Shown here one piece after another: positions 46,565-58,627 of a stretch of DNA of 64,000 bases. The notes beneath the pieces were generated by a model that did no database searches, was not told the DNA's origin, and saw nothing but the letters and a program-made list of their open reading frames with translations. Positions within the stretch are counted from its first letter, which is position 1. Each line of letters starts with the position of its first letter. A program made the position numbers and the translations under genes. The DNA is from Utricularia gibba (taxonomy: Eukaryota; Plantae; Magnoliophyta), in contig CM007991.1 of NCBI GenBank assembly GCA_002189035.1, positions 868,001 to 932,000 of the forward strand. Reading direction: 5' to 3'.

Positions 46565-48952
46565 CTTTCTTCTTGACTGGCGTGCGAATTGACATGGTTT
46601 CTTGATTTATAAGCAGACTCGACAGAGAGATGACGTGACGGCATGCCATATCTTGATATTCAACAAGTTTAGCCTTCACCCGCAAACTCATCTCGAGAGC
46701 AACCTCCCCCCGCAACACTAGTTACATCTTACCAAACTTTTTTGTCTATGAACTCACTCCCTGTGTTTTTCAACCCTTGTTGATATTTGGATATTACTCC
46801 TTTTGAATTCGATTCAATAATTTAAATTCGATTCAATGAAATATATCATGGTTTTAAATGATAGGAAGGGCTAAAGCTGTAAAAAAAAAAAAAACACGGA
46901 TAAGGACAGGCACGGTTTCATTGACAAGGACGAGGAAAAAAAGGAAATCAAAAGTCAATCCCATGGGTGCCTTGAAAAGATCTAAACGAAAACCCGAATT
47001 TACCCTTTTCTAGATATTTTTATTTTTTAATATTTTATAAATCTATTTGCTTCTAAATTTTATCGGGAGTGATGTGGATGGGCACACCACCCTTCAAGAC
47101 CCACAGATTTCTCATCATTGGGGTTCATAGATTCGAGAAATCAGGGATTTATGAAACTTAGATGTATGCGTGTTTAAAATAAAAATTATTTATCAAAAAA
47201 CATAAATTTTAAAAAATAATTAAGTTGATATAAAAAATTTAAATTTAATTATTAATAAATAGAGTAATAAATCTATATTTAAATATTATATTAACAAAAT
47301 ATTTAAAAGAGAAATCTAATGTCGAAAATATAAAAATGTTATTAATGAATAACATAACTTTAGTCTCAATGCATTCATACAATAACTAGTGAAATAAAAT
47401 AAAATTTTAATTATAAAATTGAATGATAATATTATATATATTTATATTTTTTAAAATTTAAAATTTTATTTTTAACAAATATTTATGGATACATGTGCAT
47501 GAATCGTTCTGTGTATCCATGAATTCGTATATCGAGTAGATGAATCTGTATAAAATTGAAAAATATTTTCATCATACTTGAGAATCAAAAAATATCTAAT
47601 GTTTCTTTTAATAAAAATAAAAACATCGAGTATTGGGCCATCGTCCTTTTGGCCCACTTAAAGTTGCTAGCCGCAGCTAGTCCCAAAATGAACTCATATG
47701 TGGGCCCTTATCGGGCCATATATTTCTTATAGCAACAACCCAATAGCGTATTCAGGCCTTACAGTTTAAATCGGTATCGATTGGTTGCTTGTGGAAGGAT
47801 ATGAAGGGGGTGAGGGTATTTTGGGAATCTCACAATGTAGCCCCCATCACATGAAAAAGGTCGTGGCGTATCTCAGTGAAATCCTATTGTATGTATTCAT
47901 AACGACGGGCATGGCACTGTGTCAAATACCCTTTTGGTATTTTTCGATTAATTTTATGAATTTCAAAGTACATGGATTAGTTTCAATATTGATTTTTTTT
48001 TTAAAATTAGAATATAAATTAAGTTATGACGAGCATATCAAGTTTAGCCGAGAATGGCCATAAGTTGATCAGTCTGTAACGAAGAATGTACATTTGCTTG
48101 GATATGATATACCTCAAAAGAGATGGAAAAAGAAAAAAAGCCACATGGACATTGTCCCCCTTCAGAATCTGCACTTTATTTTTAAAGAAGATTGACACAC
48201 ACACACCCCAGCTGCTGCTGCTGTTCATTGCATTATTGTGCCGGAGTGTTGGAGCCCTGCCTCCATCCAATTATTATTGTATTCAACAAGAAGAAAGAAA
48301 GATTACGTTTTTGGTACTCATGCTTACATTTCCCAATACGAGTATTTTAAGAATTATTAGACGTGTTTTTTCAGCATATGTATGATTTGTAAAACATCTG
48401 CGTAATTCATTACCTATGTTTATTAAAACTCTTATTTCATGTAAGTTTTAGTGTTTTTTTCATCTATTTTAAATATATTTTCAATATAATCATATGATAC
48501 GGGTTTATCTGAACACAAACAATTGAAGTTTGTTTATCATCTATGGTACCAAGATCAAGTTTTGTTTAGGTTTTTGGTTCTCGGAGTAACTAAAAACCTA
48601 TGGGAATAAGATGATGGAGTCAGCAAGGCTCGGGATCATCTTCTTTTTTTTTTTCAAGTGTTTCAGGTGGAGGGATTCGATTGTGATAAGCACGCCATGG
48701 TTCCTTCATAGTTCTTTATGGATAAACATCTTGGAGTTTATAGTATTTTAAATGGAAAGTACGGGCTGCGAGGGAGGAGACGTGCACCTCATAGGCATCA
48801 CATAAAAGCCATTATAATATTAAAAGCAACAAACCATCCCACATTGAGAAGATTCGAACTGTTTTAGTATGTGTGTCTTGTTCCCTTTTCACTGTAATGC
48901 CAATGTCAACCCCAAACCCTAGTTCTATTCCCATGCTTTACAGAGAGCATCG

Positions 48953-48974
48953 TCATCATCATCATCATCATCAT
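48953..48974. repeat. (TCA)7 microsatellite
   Basis: Direct read of the sequence. Confidence 0.9.
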
Positions 48975-50755
48975 AGTGGCGGTTATGGAGAGCTGTTATC
49001 CAGGGAGAAAGCGTAAGTGAAGAAGCATCTACACTGAAGGGATGAATCAAGTGTCTGATCACTTACAGACAAGCCATTGTTTGCCATTGCCCTCGGATTG
49101 TTTATCTTCAATATCAGTAGGTTGTGATAATGACATGAGCTGATATTGTGACCATGTTTGGAAAGAAAAGAGCAACATCGTAGCATGTAAGAATCAGAAG
49201 GTTTTCGCGTGTTCTGACATGTAAAAATTCTTACGTGAAGCCTCTTAGATCTTCATCATCAACTTTCATTCGCTGTATCCCCTCGGTTGACATACAAATA
49301 CAGTTGAGTTTATACAGATAAGCTCTGGTGCACATGAACCAGACGAGCCTCGAATTCCAGAAGTGTGTTTTTTGGGAAGGACGAACTCGACTGCAATCTG
49401 CCTCCCCACGGTTAATAAAATCACTACACTCTAGAGGTACATAGAGAGATGTGGCGAAGCTATTGCCATGCAATTATTATATTTTATATTAAGAAGGAGA
49501 CAAGCGGGAGAATGAAAACAAAGGGGACGAACGTGACAATCAAATTTGCTACAATTTCAAATTGGGGTCCAATTCTCAAAATCGTAAAGGCCAGAAATGC
49601 AGTTGGAGAAGCACAGTTTCCTGCACCCCCAACTTGTTCTTATTAGAAAAAAAAAAAAAGGATTAGATCGGTTGTTTGAATGTAATTGATATATTCAAAT
49701 GGTGTGGAGCCCTCATCTGGTAAACCACTTTACATCGATAGAAAAATGCATCTGAATTGAAGTTTTAATTAGAAAAAGCAAAGAGGAAGCATTTCTTCTC
49801 CTCCAACATCGATTCCAGGTACAAGTACTGTGAATAAACAAGAAGCTTTAATGGAAAGCAGGGAAGTAGCTAAAGAGTGCGATGTTCTCTAATTCTCACT
49901 GCTTCTCTGTCCGAGGGATCCACTTTTAGTCTGAATCCCAAATGTTTCTCAATGACATGTGGGCGTTGTCTCTTCCAACAAATGGAAAATACTAAGTAGT
50001 GTACAGGCCTCTCATTTCATATCCCTCGTGCATACCACAGAAGATAAAGACTGATAGATTGTTCCTCAAGTGTTCAAAAAAGCATGTCTCATCACATCAA
50101 AAGTCACTTCTGAATTGTTCAAAAAAGATTGAGCTACCCACCATGGGAACACCCTTTGAGACTTTCTCCTCGAAGTATATGAACGACAGTGCATCAAATT
50201 CACGCAAAAAAAACAACTAGGGGAGAGCTCAGTTCACTGCGTGTTTCGATGGCCATTATTAGAAAAAGCGAGCCTATTCCACACTCCAGAATCATAAGAA
50301 AGTGAATTGGTTTATAATCAGACAATGGACATGTGAAAGTTTGCATCATTCGAGTTGTAAACGCGGTTCATATACACGCCGGGAAAGGGGAAGAGAAAGC
50401 ACAGAAGAATGACACCAATTTAACAGCCTATCTCACATGTCCCACATCGATGTAACCAGAAGTTTGCTGAATATTTAAAAAAAATTACTACTACATTATT
50501 TGAAGATCTTGGCTAGGAATACAATAAGAAAACTGCCTGAAGGAGAGGGTCCACGACACAGCCACCACCACCACTCACATTCTACCACCTTAACTCAGCC
50601 AAAAAACCAGCCTCCTGGCAGAAGAATATTATACCTTGCAAGTTGTCCTTTTGAAACCCTACCTAAAACACTCGTCTTTATGATCTCACCCCGCCATTAA
50701 ATTAGATGTGCAGCACCCCCCATTAATCTTCCATCCAACTTGTTTCGAAGAAAGA

Positions 50756-51140
50756 ATGCCCCGGCCATGGGAAAACGACGTTTTTCAAGGAGGCGACGGA
50801 GCGATCGCGCTTGGGGATACACCTGGCCGCCCAGTTCTTACTCTTGCAACTTCTGCAAAAGAGAGTTTTTGTCTCCCAAGGCCTTGGGGGGCATATGAAT
50901 GTGCACCGAAGAGACAGGGCTAAATTGAAACTCACCCCAGAGTCGTGCAGCCCTTGGCTCATGTTTTCTCCCCCGAGTGTGAATCCCAAGCATTTGAAGA
51001 ACGAAGAAACTTCTTCCGGGGCGAGGTGCGGCGTTGAGACGGAGGAGTACGAGGAAATAGGAGGATGCAAGAAGAGGAAATCACATGACCAGATGGTGGA
51101 TCTTGAGCTGAGGTTGGGGCGCTCTACACACCTTGGGTGA
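50756..51140 (+). CDS. Single C2H2 zinc-finger EAR repressor (SUP/RBE/ZFP10-like), copy 1
   Basis: [10 protein letters not shown](G)[32 protein letters not shown]...DLELRLG. Needs +1 corrections at GGGG 50813-50816 and in or near G6 50886-50891. Confidence 0.85.
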
Positions 51141-54100
51141 TATTGCAGGGGCGACAAGATGCAGGTGTCTTTGTCTGGAGTGTGGAATAAAAAAAAAAAA
51201 CTAATTGATTAATCCTCACTTTTTGCATCTCGATCGAATTATTCCCCTCTCCAAACTGGGGTTGAATTTACCATCTGTTACTTCTGAGGGGTCTCTGTCT
51301 TCTGAAAATGCTCCAATTTGTGTCAGCAGTGGGGAGGAAGTTTTCAATAAAAAAAAGAAGATAGAAAGCATGTGTGGCAAGCTTGGATTGAAGCACCACA
51401 CCTCCCAAGGGAATCGTTGGTCTCTTTTTTTTGTTTGTTTGGATCCATCCCAGACAACAACACCATCCCTAATTAGGGTTTTCGTGTACTCAAAATACGT
51501 AGTTAGAGTCTCGGGGAACATGAAAAAAATCCTGCCCTTTACCGTACATTATGATAATTTAATAGGGTATATTACATATCTCACCCTACTCATTAGTTAG
51601 TGTGTAAGAAAATTGGCCAACTTCAGTTAAAAATTTTTATCTTAAGTATGTGAGATAGAATAAAAGAATGGTAACATTTGTAAATAATCCAAAATTAATA
51701 TAAAATTTATAAATTATACTGTATTTATTTTACGAGTTTAAATAAACCCATTTTTTTGTTTAACCCCAAACTTTTACACTTAACTAAATATCATGTAAAT
51801 ATGTAATCATTTTATCTCATTTTTATTTAAATCCAAATAAATTAAACTTTTTATATCCAAATTCGGTAAACATAACAATCAATTAAAAAAAACTGGCGTA
51901 CGGAACAACACTGTACCAAAATGCTAGGAATTGGATGGTTAGTGTGATACGGGTCATTGGGTCGGGCCTAATTGTTTAACGTTTTGTAGAGGTGGGGGAA
52001 TGAATCAAGCCTGTGAGTGATTCTTTTTATATTAATTTCATAAATTTATATGATTTTTTTAAAAATATATGCTAACAATTTATTTCTTTATTTAATACAA
52101 TAATAATGATTTTTTAAAAAATAATAATATTTATTTTTAAATGTCATCTTAATGCTTTTTTTTTCTTTTACTTTGAATTCAACACTCTAGTCCCATTGTT
52201 GTATATGTAACTAATTCCTCAAAACATACATTTCAAGTTAATTTTTAATAATCAAATCTTAATTTTGAAATCTAATAACAAAGATGTAAGGTTTATATTT
52301 GCCTCTATTGTTTGAAAAAAAGTTTTTATTGAGACGTAATTTTAAGTTATATTTGGTATAGCTTGTAGAAAAATATTTTTCAAGAAACGTTTTTAAAAAT
52401 AGTAGAAGTTATCATTCTATATCTTATTAAAAAATAAGAATTATTAAAACTGGTGTCTATTTGCATTGAGAAACCCTTCTAACACCAAACAATTTTTTTT
52501 TAACTCAGCCTTCATGAGAGCCATAATTAAAGAATTTAAAATTTAAAACAACTAATTTCGCATTGGAAATTACATTATTTGGAAAATTATACACTGCGCA
52601 GGTCACTCTTTCTTAGGGTTCGAATTATTTTTTTTTCTCATATCTAGGAAAAAAAAAGTTTGGTGGTCTATGAAATGAGGCATCCAAAATGGATAACACA
52701 AGAGAGTGAGAGCATGAGTTAGACGAGATTGAGCATTTTCCGATGAAAAAAAAAAAAAACTTACCTCGGGCTCCCTTGCTTCATCCTCCGACGAAGGAAA
52801 ACAAGGAACATTTCACTTGGGTTGTTCACGCAGACTCCTAGATGGAAGAAAATGAATGAATCAGGGGATTCTATAGTAAAAATAAAATTACAGCAAACCC
52901 TAGAATTCTTCCTCACCAAATAATGAAGGATCGCTCCTTCATAGCCGTTTTTCTGGTCCTCCAAGGAAGAGTGAAGCGAGCTTTTTACTGTATCACTGAT
53001 GCTAATTGCTAAGCATGGTTTTATTTATTCATTTATGACAATATCTTTCCTCGTGTGCAGTAAGATTCGTGCAGCTGCTTGTCGTAAATGAAAAGAATAA
53101 GATGGGGGTCCAAGCCGGCCCACCCAAAGTGTACAAATTATGTTCATTGTCCTCAGCTTGAAATGTTTGATTTGTTCGTCAAGAGCTCCTGCACAGTTCA
53201 GGGGCGTCTGAGTGAATTTTATAGAAATTTTGGTACTGGAGGAATGACAGTCCATCAAATAGGGCACAAAAAGAAGGGTTCAAAAGCACAATACCCAAGT
53301 TTGCAGCGATTCTCATATCTATCCAACAGAACAGAAGCCAAATGCGACCCTTCCCAAGAAATAAGTGGGTTCTACTTCTGTTGGTTTTTAGTGAAACGTG
53401 GCGAAGTCATGGCACAGAAATTTTTGTGGAGATTTATGCAACAAGGCCCCATGTGTCGTGCTGTGGCTCAGTGGACTGGTCCGAAGTGTACATAAGTTTG
53501 TGTCCGTATTCATCTCCATGTCCCTTTACAGCGTGTACATGAATCTCCACATGCCCCACATCGAAATACTCTTCAACCATTAGTGTCTAGCAGGCAAAAA
53601 CCAGTCCATTTGGGAAGCTTGTGTTGATGAATCAGCCACTTGAGCTCATCGGGACTCCTAAGATACATTTTATGAAGGTATGCTTTCAAGAAATTAGGAG
53701 AAAACCCTCAACTCGATGTGTTGTTACTCACAACTTCATGTTGTTCACACTGAGGTTTTGGGAGCAAAGTCAGGCCAAGCTAAGGACGTCTGTTGAGTTT
53801 AGGCGTCTAAAAATCAACTCATCACAATGCAGCAGGGACAACGACAATAGACCTAAATCTTGGAGGTCATCGGAATGCGTGCAACCTCCCTCTGCACTCT
53901 CCTAATGTTTGATGGAACTTTTTATAGGTGATAAAAGGAACCCGTCAGTACAAGATTGAAAATCATCGCATAAAGCAATGAAACCCCAAAATCCAAAATT
54001 GCTGCCATGGGAAGAAACCATTTCTTAAAGGCTGTTCGATTTCTGGCGTACTGACTGTTGATTTCAGAGGTACTGTAGTCACTCCTCGCTTTTTCACCGC

Positions 54101-56360
54101 GATCCCACTGATCACAGTAAATCATAGGAAACCCATTGGCGTCAAAAAGCATTAACTAGAATTCAAAATTCTTCCTTTTCTTGTAGTATTAAGAGTGCTG
54201 GCTTCAACCCAGAAGGCAGAAACGTACATGTGCACGCATCCTTGGTTGGGTCACAGAGGGGTCTCGTAGACTTGGAATTTCTTGGTGGATTCGGTTGTTT
54301 CTTGGGGGAGACATTAGGAAATCGATCGAACCAGTGGACCCGATTATCCCAAAAATCCAATAAGTGGATCTAATTTCTTTGATGTTCAGTAATAGGACAG
54401 AATGTTTTTCTTAAAGTAGAAAAAAACTCAGTCTAATCTAGCCAAGTATACTTATGGAATAGAAACAAATACCACATATAATGTAATAGTGGGTTTCCAA
54501 AAAATGCTTAGTAATTAATGCATTTTTCAAGCTCACTTTTTTGCTGGAAATCGCCTTTGTATCCCGCCAAAAGTTACATACCGGCGAGGCCTCGCCAGTC
54601 GCCACTCAATGATGCTAGTGACGATCAAGGGATCACCCATGTTGGAAAATGAGAGGGTGGAACTCAGTTCATAAAAGATGGGAGTCACTGGTCATGTTTT
54701 AAACTCGGGTTTTATGGGCAATGTTGCAGATGTTGAATTTCGTCAATAACTTTGTTTTATTGTCAGGCAATTCTGAAACTTCTACCACGAATCATTGAAA
54801 CAAAAACACCAAATATTCATGTGGAGAAAAGAGTGGCTGATGGCGGTTTCTACTTGTTTCTGTGCCTTAATTTTTGACAGATTGCCGATCATTTGGTGTG
54901 GTGGGTGCCAATGTTACTCACTGTTTTTGAACACTTGCAAGGATCTGTGTGCTAACTCTGTGCCGGTATCATGAACCGATGTTTTTCCGGTTTGGCCCAT
55001 TCCGTACAGTTTCAGGCTACAGAACTTTACTCAGTGGACCTCAAAACAATTACTTTTCATAATGACACCAAAGGTTTAAGACATGGATAGGGGTTTCTTA
55101 CAATGGCCTTTATAATAATATTAAACATGTGAAATTGCCTTAGTTAATCTTCTGGTATGAGTTATGGATGGAATTCAAACTGTGACCTGCTTATGATTTC
55201 TTGCAGTTCCCGTACCAATTTTTTATAAGGCAGGTGGAAGCAATGCAGTAAAATCCATTGCATTATTAGTTCACTTTGTTACATTCTAGCCTTGCTTCTC
55301 TTTCCCTGCATCGCCCCTCTTGTTGCTTGTCAGCCTTGTGTTTAGCAACTGGAGATTAGAAACATAATCATGAATAAAAGGCGATGTGGTTTCACAAGTG
55401 GATCAATCATAGAGATAAGAAATGTAAGCTCAGAATGTGACCACATATTTACCAAGAGAATGAACAACTGGAAGCATATTCAACCACCCAAAACCCGAGC
55501 TTCCCCCCTGGCCAGAATCACAAACTTCCCTTTTGCATATTTGTATTGCAGCTTGAGGGGTTGGTTCTCTTCAAATGCCATCCTGTACAGTCATTATTAG
55601 AAAAATATTCTTATGGCAATCGGATTTAAACATAAACATGGTTGCGTTACGATAAGGAAGGGTACACAAGTCACAAGCAATTGAACGGTGCAGGTTTTTT
55701 ACATCATGAACTACCTTTGTCCACGCAAAGCCCCAGCAGACTTGAATGTCTCCTCGAAAAAAACTTCATTCTTCCAACATTGGAGCATTTTTCTAAAAGA
55801 TTAATGGGGAGTTTACTTCTAGTTCAGTGACTGTGTGGCGTGTGGCGGGCGGATGGTGATTCCTTTTTCAATTGGGGTTCTAAAAGGAGGATGTCAGATA
55901 AAAAAGATTGTTTCGGCTGAGCAATGACTATGGAATGTGGTGGTGCGCTAGATCATTTTGGGTTGATCTGAGTGGGGAATTACCGTCAACCGTCGGCCTC
56001 CGTGGTAGAATCAGTCAGGGGGGGTATCAGAGGCGGTGGTTTACTCCTCCCTTTTCATGGTCCTTCCGTACAACGACCAACTCAAATGCAATGCAACAAC
56101 CCCAAAAGCTCTATCACTGACTCCGGCAGGTAGGGGAGGTTGCCCCCACCCTTCTCCATTTCTGCCTCTTCGTTTTTTGCAATTTTATATTAGCTAATGC
56201 ACTCGAAAAAGCAGCTACCGGGCCAGGTTTTGCTTCAACATTCTATGGGAGCAGAAATCCACTCTGATTAGACAATCAAATTTGCTGGCTAAATGAATTC
56301 TGTAGTCGGTTCTATATTAGCTTTTTACTTGATACATTCTCAAGGGAATCTCAAACACAA

Positions 56361-56480
56361 ATGGGTCTTGATCATGCCAAGCGAAAAACGAGTGATCATG
56401 TGAGAGTGGTGTACATTTCGCCCCCCATGAAGGTCTAAACCAACAACTCATGGCCAGATACTCCAATGTTTCGTATAACA
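56361..56480 (+). pseudogene. VQ-motif protein (SIB1/VQ16-23-like) remnant
   Basis: MGLDHAKRKTSDHVRVVYISPPMKV*T, then in another frame QQLMARYSNVS. Matches consensus VKVVYISxPMKVKTSASEFRALVQELTGRDS with a nonsense codon and loss of the FRALV core. Confidence 0.6.
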
Positions 56481-57186
56481 TAAATCCCTCTCGTTTAGAG
56501 TGCAAGTATGAGGTTGCAGCATTTTCAAAACAAAAGAACAAGTTTTTCCCATTCCATGTTTACTGGTATGGATAAAAATACTTATTTTTCTGTGTTCTCA
56601 GGAACATTTGTTAAGGATTTTTGTTTTTGGAAAATCTAAACCTTGTTGCTTTAGGTGTCCTAAACCTGCTCAAATACTAGATATACTTTGTGCCTTAATA
56701 GGCCTTTTGGACAAAACCGTATGCATGAATTAGGGTTACAGCACAAGTGACCCATAATTATAAAAAAGTTCCATTCAGATGCTTCAGTGAGACTCGCCAA
56801 GAACTTGATGAGTTATTTGAGTATATGCTATGGAGGCACATGATATCCCCACTTGCTGTTTCGCTTTACACCTACTACACTGAATAATTCTTCTTCTGAA
56901 ACATTGGAGCCGAACACTATGCCCTTAAAAAGGAAAAAGACAACAAATTACGGCCACTTCAAGGTGAAATACCTGTGCCAACAATGTTCAAGCCCGTTAG
57001 CCTTTGGTGGATTTATATTTGGTGCATAGTCTACGGATTTTTGTAGGGATTGCAGACTAAAACAAAAGAAAGGAAAGAAAAGAAACTCGAGGCCAAGCTA
57101 GTGAATTATTATCTAATTGGGTGACCCTTGGCGCCATATCAGAAACAGCCCATGTCCTCCTCTCACACGATCATTGATTCAGGTGT

Positions 57187-57602
57187 ATGTATACTCGCAT
57201 CCCCTCTTGGATCTCCACCAGCCACAATCACACTCATCTTGTTTCGATGCGGCAAACCTCCAAGACGGCGGCTCGTGCTGAGGATGCATTGCCACGGTGC
57301 TTGTACTTGTGCAGATTCTGCAACAGAGTGCTCATATCTGCCCAAGCTTTGGGTGGCCACATGAATGCACACAGGCTAGAGAGAGCCCTCCTGAAGCAAT
57401 CTCCGAACTCTTCTGAGGGTCATGATGATGCTTGCCACAACCCATTCTTTCTGCTCCCTCCCCCCTTCGTACGAACGCTGGTGGGATGAGATGCAACGGT
57501 AAGACAAAAGCAGACGTGGAAATGGGGAGCTGCAAGAAGAAAAAGCTCTGTGTTCAGGAAGTGGATCTTGAGCTGAGGCTGGGACATAATCCGACTATTT
57601 GA
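57187..57602 (+). CDS. Single C2H2 zinc-finger EAR repressor (SUP/RBE/ZFP10-like), copy 2
   Basis: YLCRFCNRVLISAQALGGHMNAHRLERA, then after a +1 correction at C6 57460-57465, [25 protein letters not shown]. Start codon uncertain. Confidence 0.82.
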
Positions 57603-58053
57603 GCAAGAGATCCACGTTGCTGCCCGAAACTAATTCCCTTTTGCTCATGTACCTAATAATTTTCTTTCTGGAAAGTGATTGTTTATCAGTATGAATGTCC
57701 ACTTGCATTCTTCCCAAGGGATCCACTTCGCATATGCTTCTTCGTTCTTCCAAAGGCCAAAGAAAGCAGAGGGGCAACGTCTTTTACTGTGCCACAGATT
57801 ACAAATAATAATATTTCATTTAATGACATAAAATATAACATCAACCCAATCGTTAATAGTGTACAATTCATTGTTCACAAAATATATATATGTATTTCTT
57901 TTTTCTGAGTCAAAGTAAAAGAAGACGAAATCCCCAGAAGCAAGTGTGGGAGGATTCATTGTACTGCACCCAGTAGCAGCTTTTTCTTTTTTCGGAATAT
58001 TATTTGAAATTGGTATTTACTAACGGTAACTTTAGTTGTCCATAAGAACATGC

Positions 58054-58336
58054 TAGAGGTGGGGCCCGGGTGCCTGTCCTTTCTCGAGTTACGAGTCGAC
58101 TCGATTAAACTGAGTTTAATTTATAAATAAGTAATGTACTATCTAATTCATTTATATTTTTTTTGTTATTAAGCTATATTTTAAACTCAATTCATCTAAT
58201 CCATCGATTTTACTCCTACTGTATACTATGTACCCATCTCATATCTATTTTGTTACAATTATAGATAATGTATCTAACTTACTATAGATTAACTCTAATT
58301 AATATCTGAATTAACTCGTACTTGTTTCCACCTCTA
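58054..58336. mobile_element. hAT-type MITE, about 283 bp, between ZFP copy 2 and the SUS 3' end
   Basis: Inverted termini CTAGAGGTGG (58053-58062) / CCACCTCTAG (58328-58337), CTCGA-rich subterminal repeats, AT-rich core. The 8-bp TSD is not conserved. Confidence 0.65.
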
Positions 58337-58627
58337 GAAGAAATCCATTGTTTACTTCTCCACAAAAGTTAAAAAAAAATTAATGAGGATAAAAATGAAA
58401 GGTGATGATATGCTACAAGAAGTAATGGTGTTTATGGATTTTTCGAATTATATATTTTTACTTTAAATTGTGTATATGATTTCCTGTTCTTTGTGATGGC
58501 AGGATGAGGCTGGAAATGGAGAAGAGTTGTTGCTGGGAGGATGAATGCCAAGGAACAAATAGGAATCTGAAAAGCAATGTCAAAAACATAAACCCTAAAT
58601 GTGAGTTGAGTCAAGCTCTTCCTCTTG

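Noticed and set aside
49860-49915. miR156*-like CTCACTGCTTCTCTGTC
   Set aside because: No matching mature miR156 arm and no convincing fold-back.
56586-56605. TGTGTTCTCAGG, a partial miR398 match
   Set aside because: Only 12 nt match and no hairpin partner.
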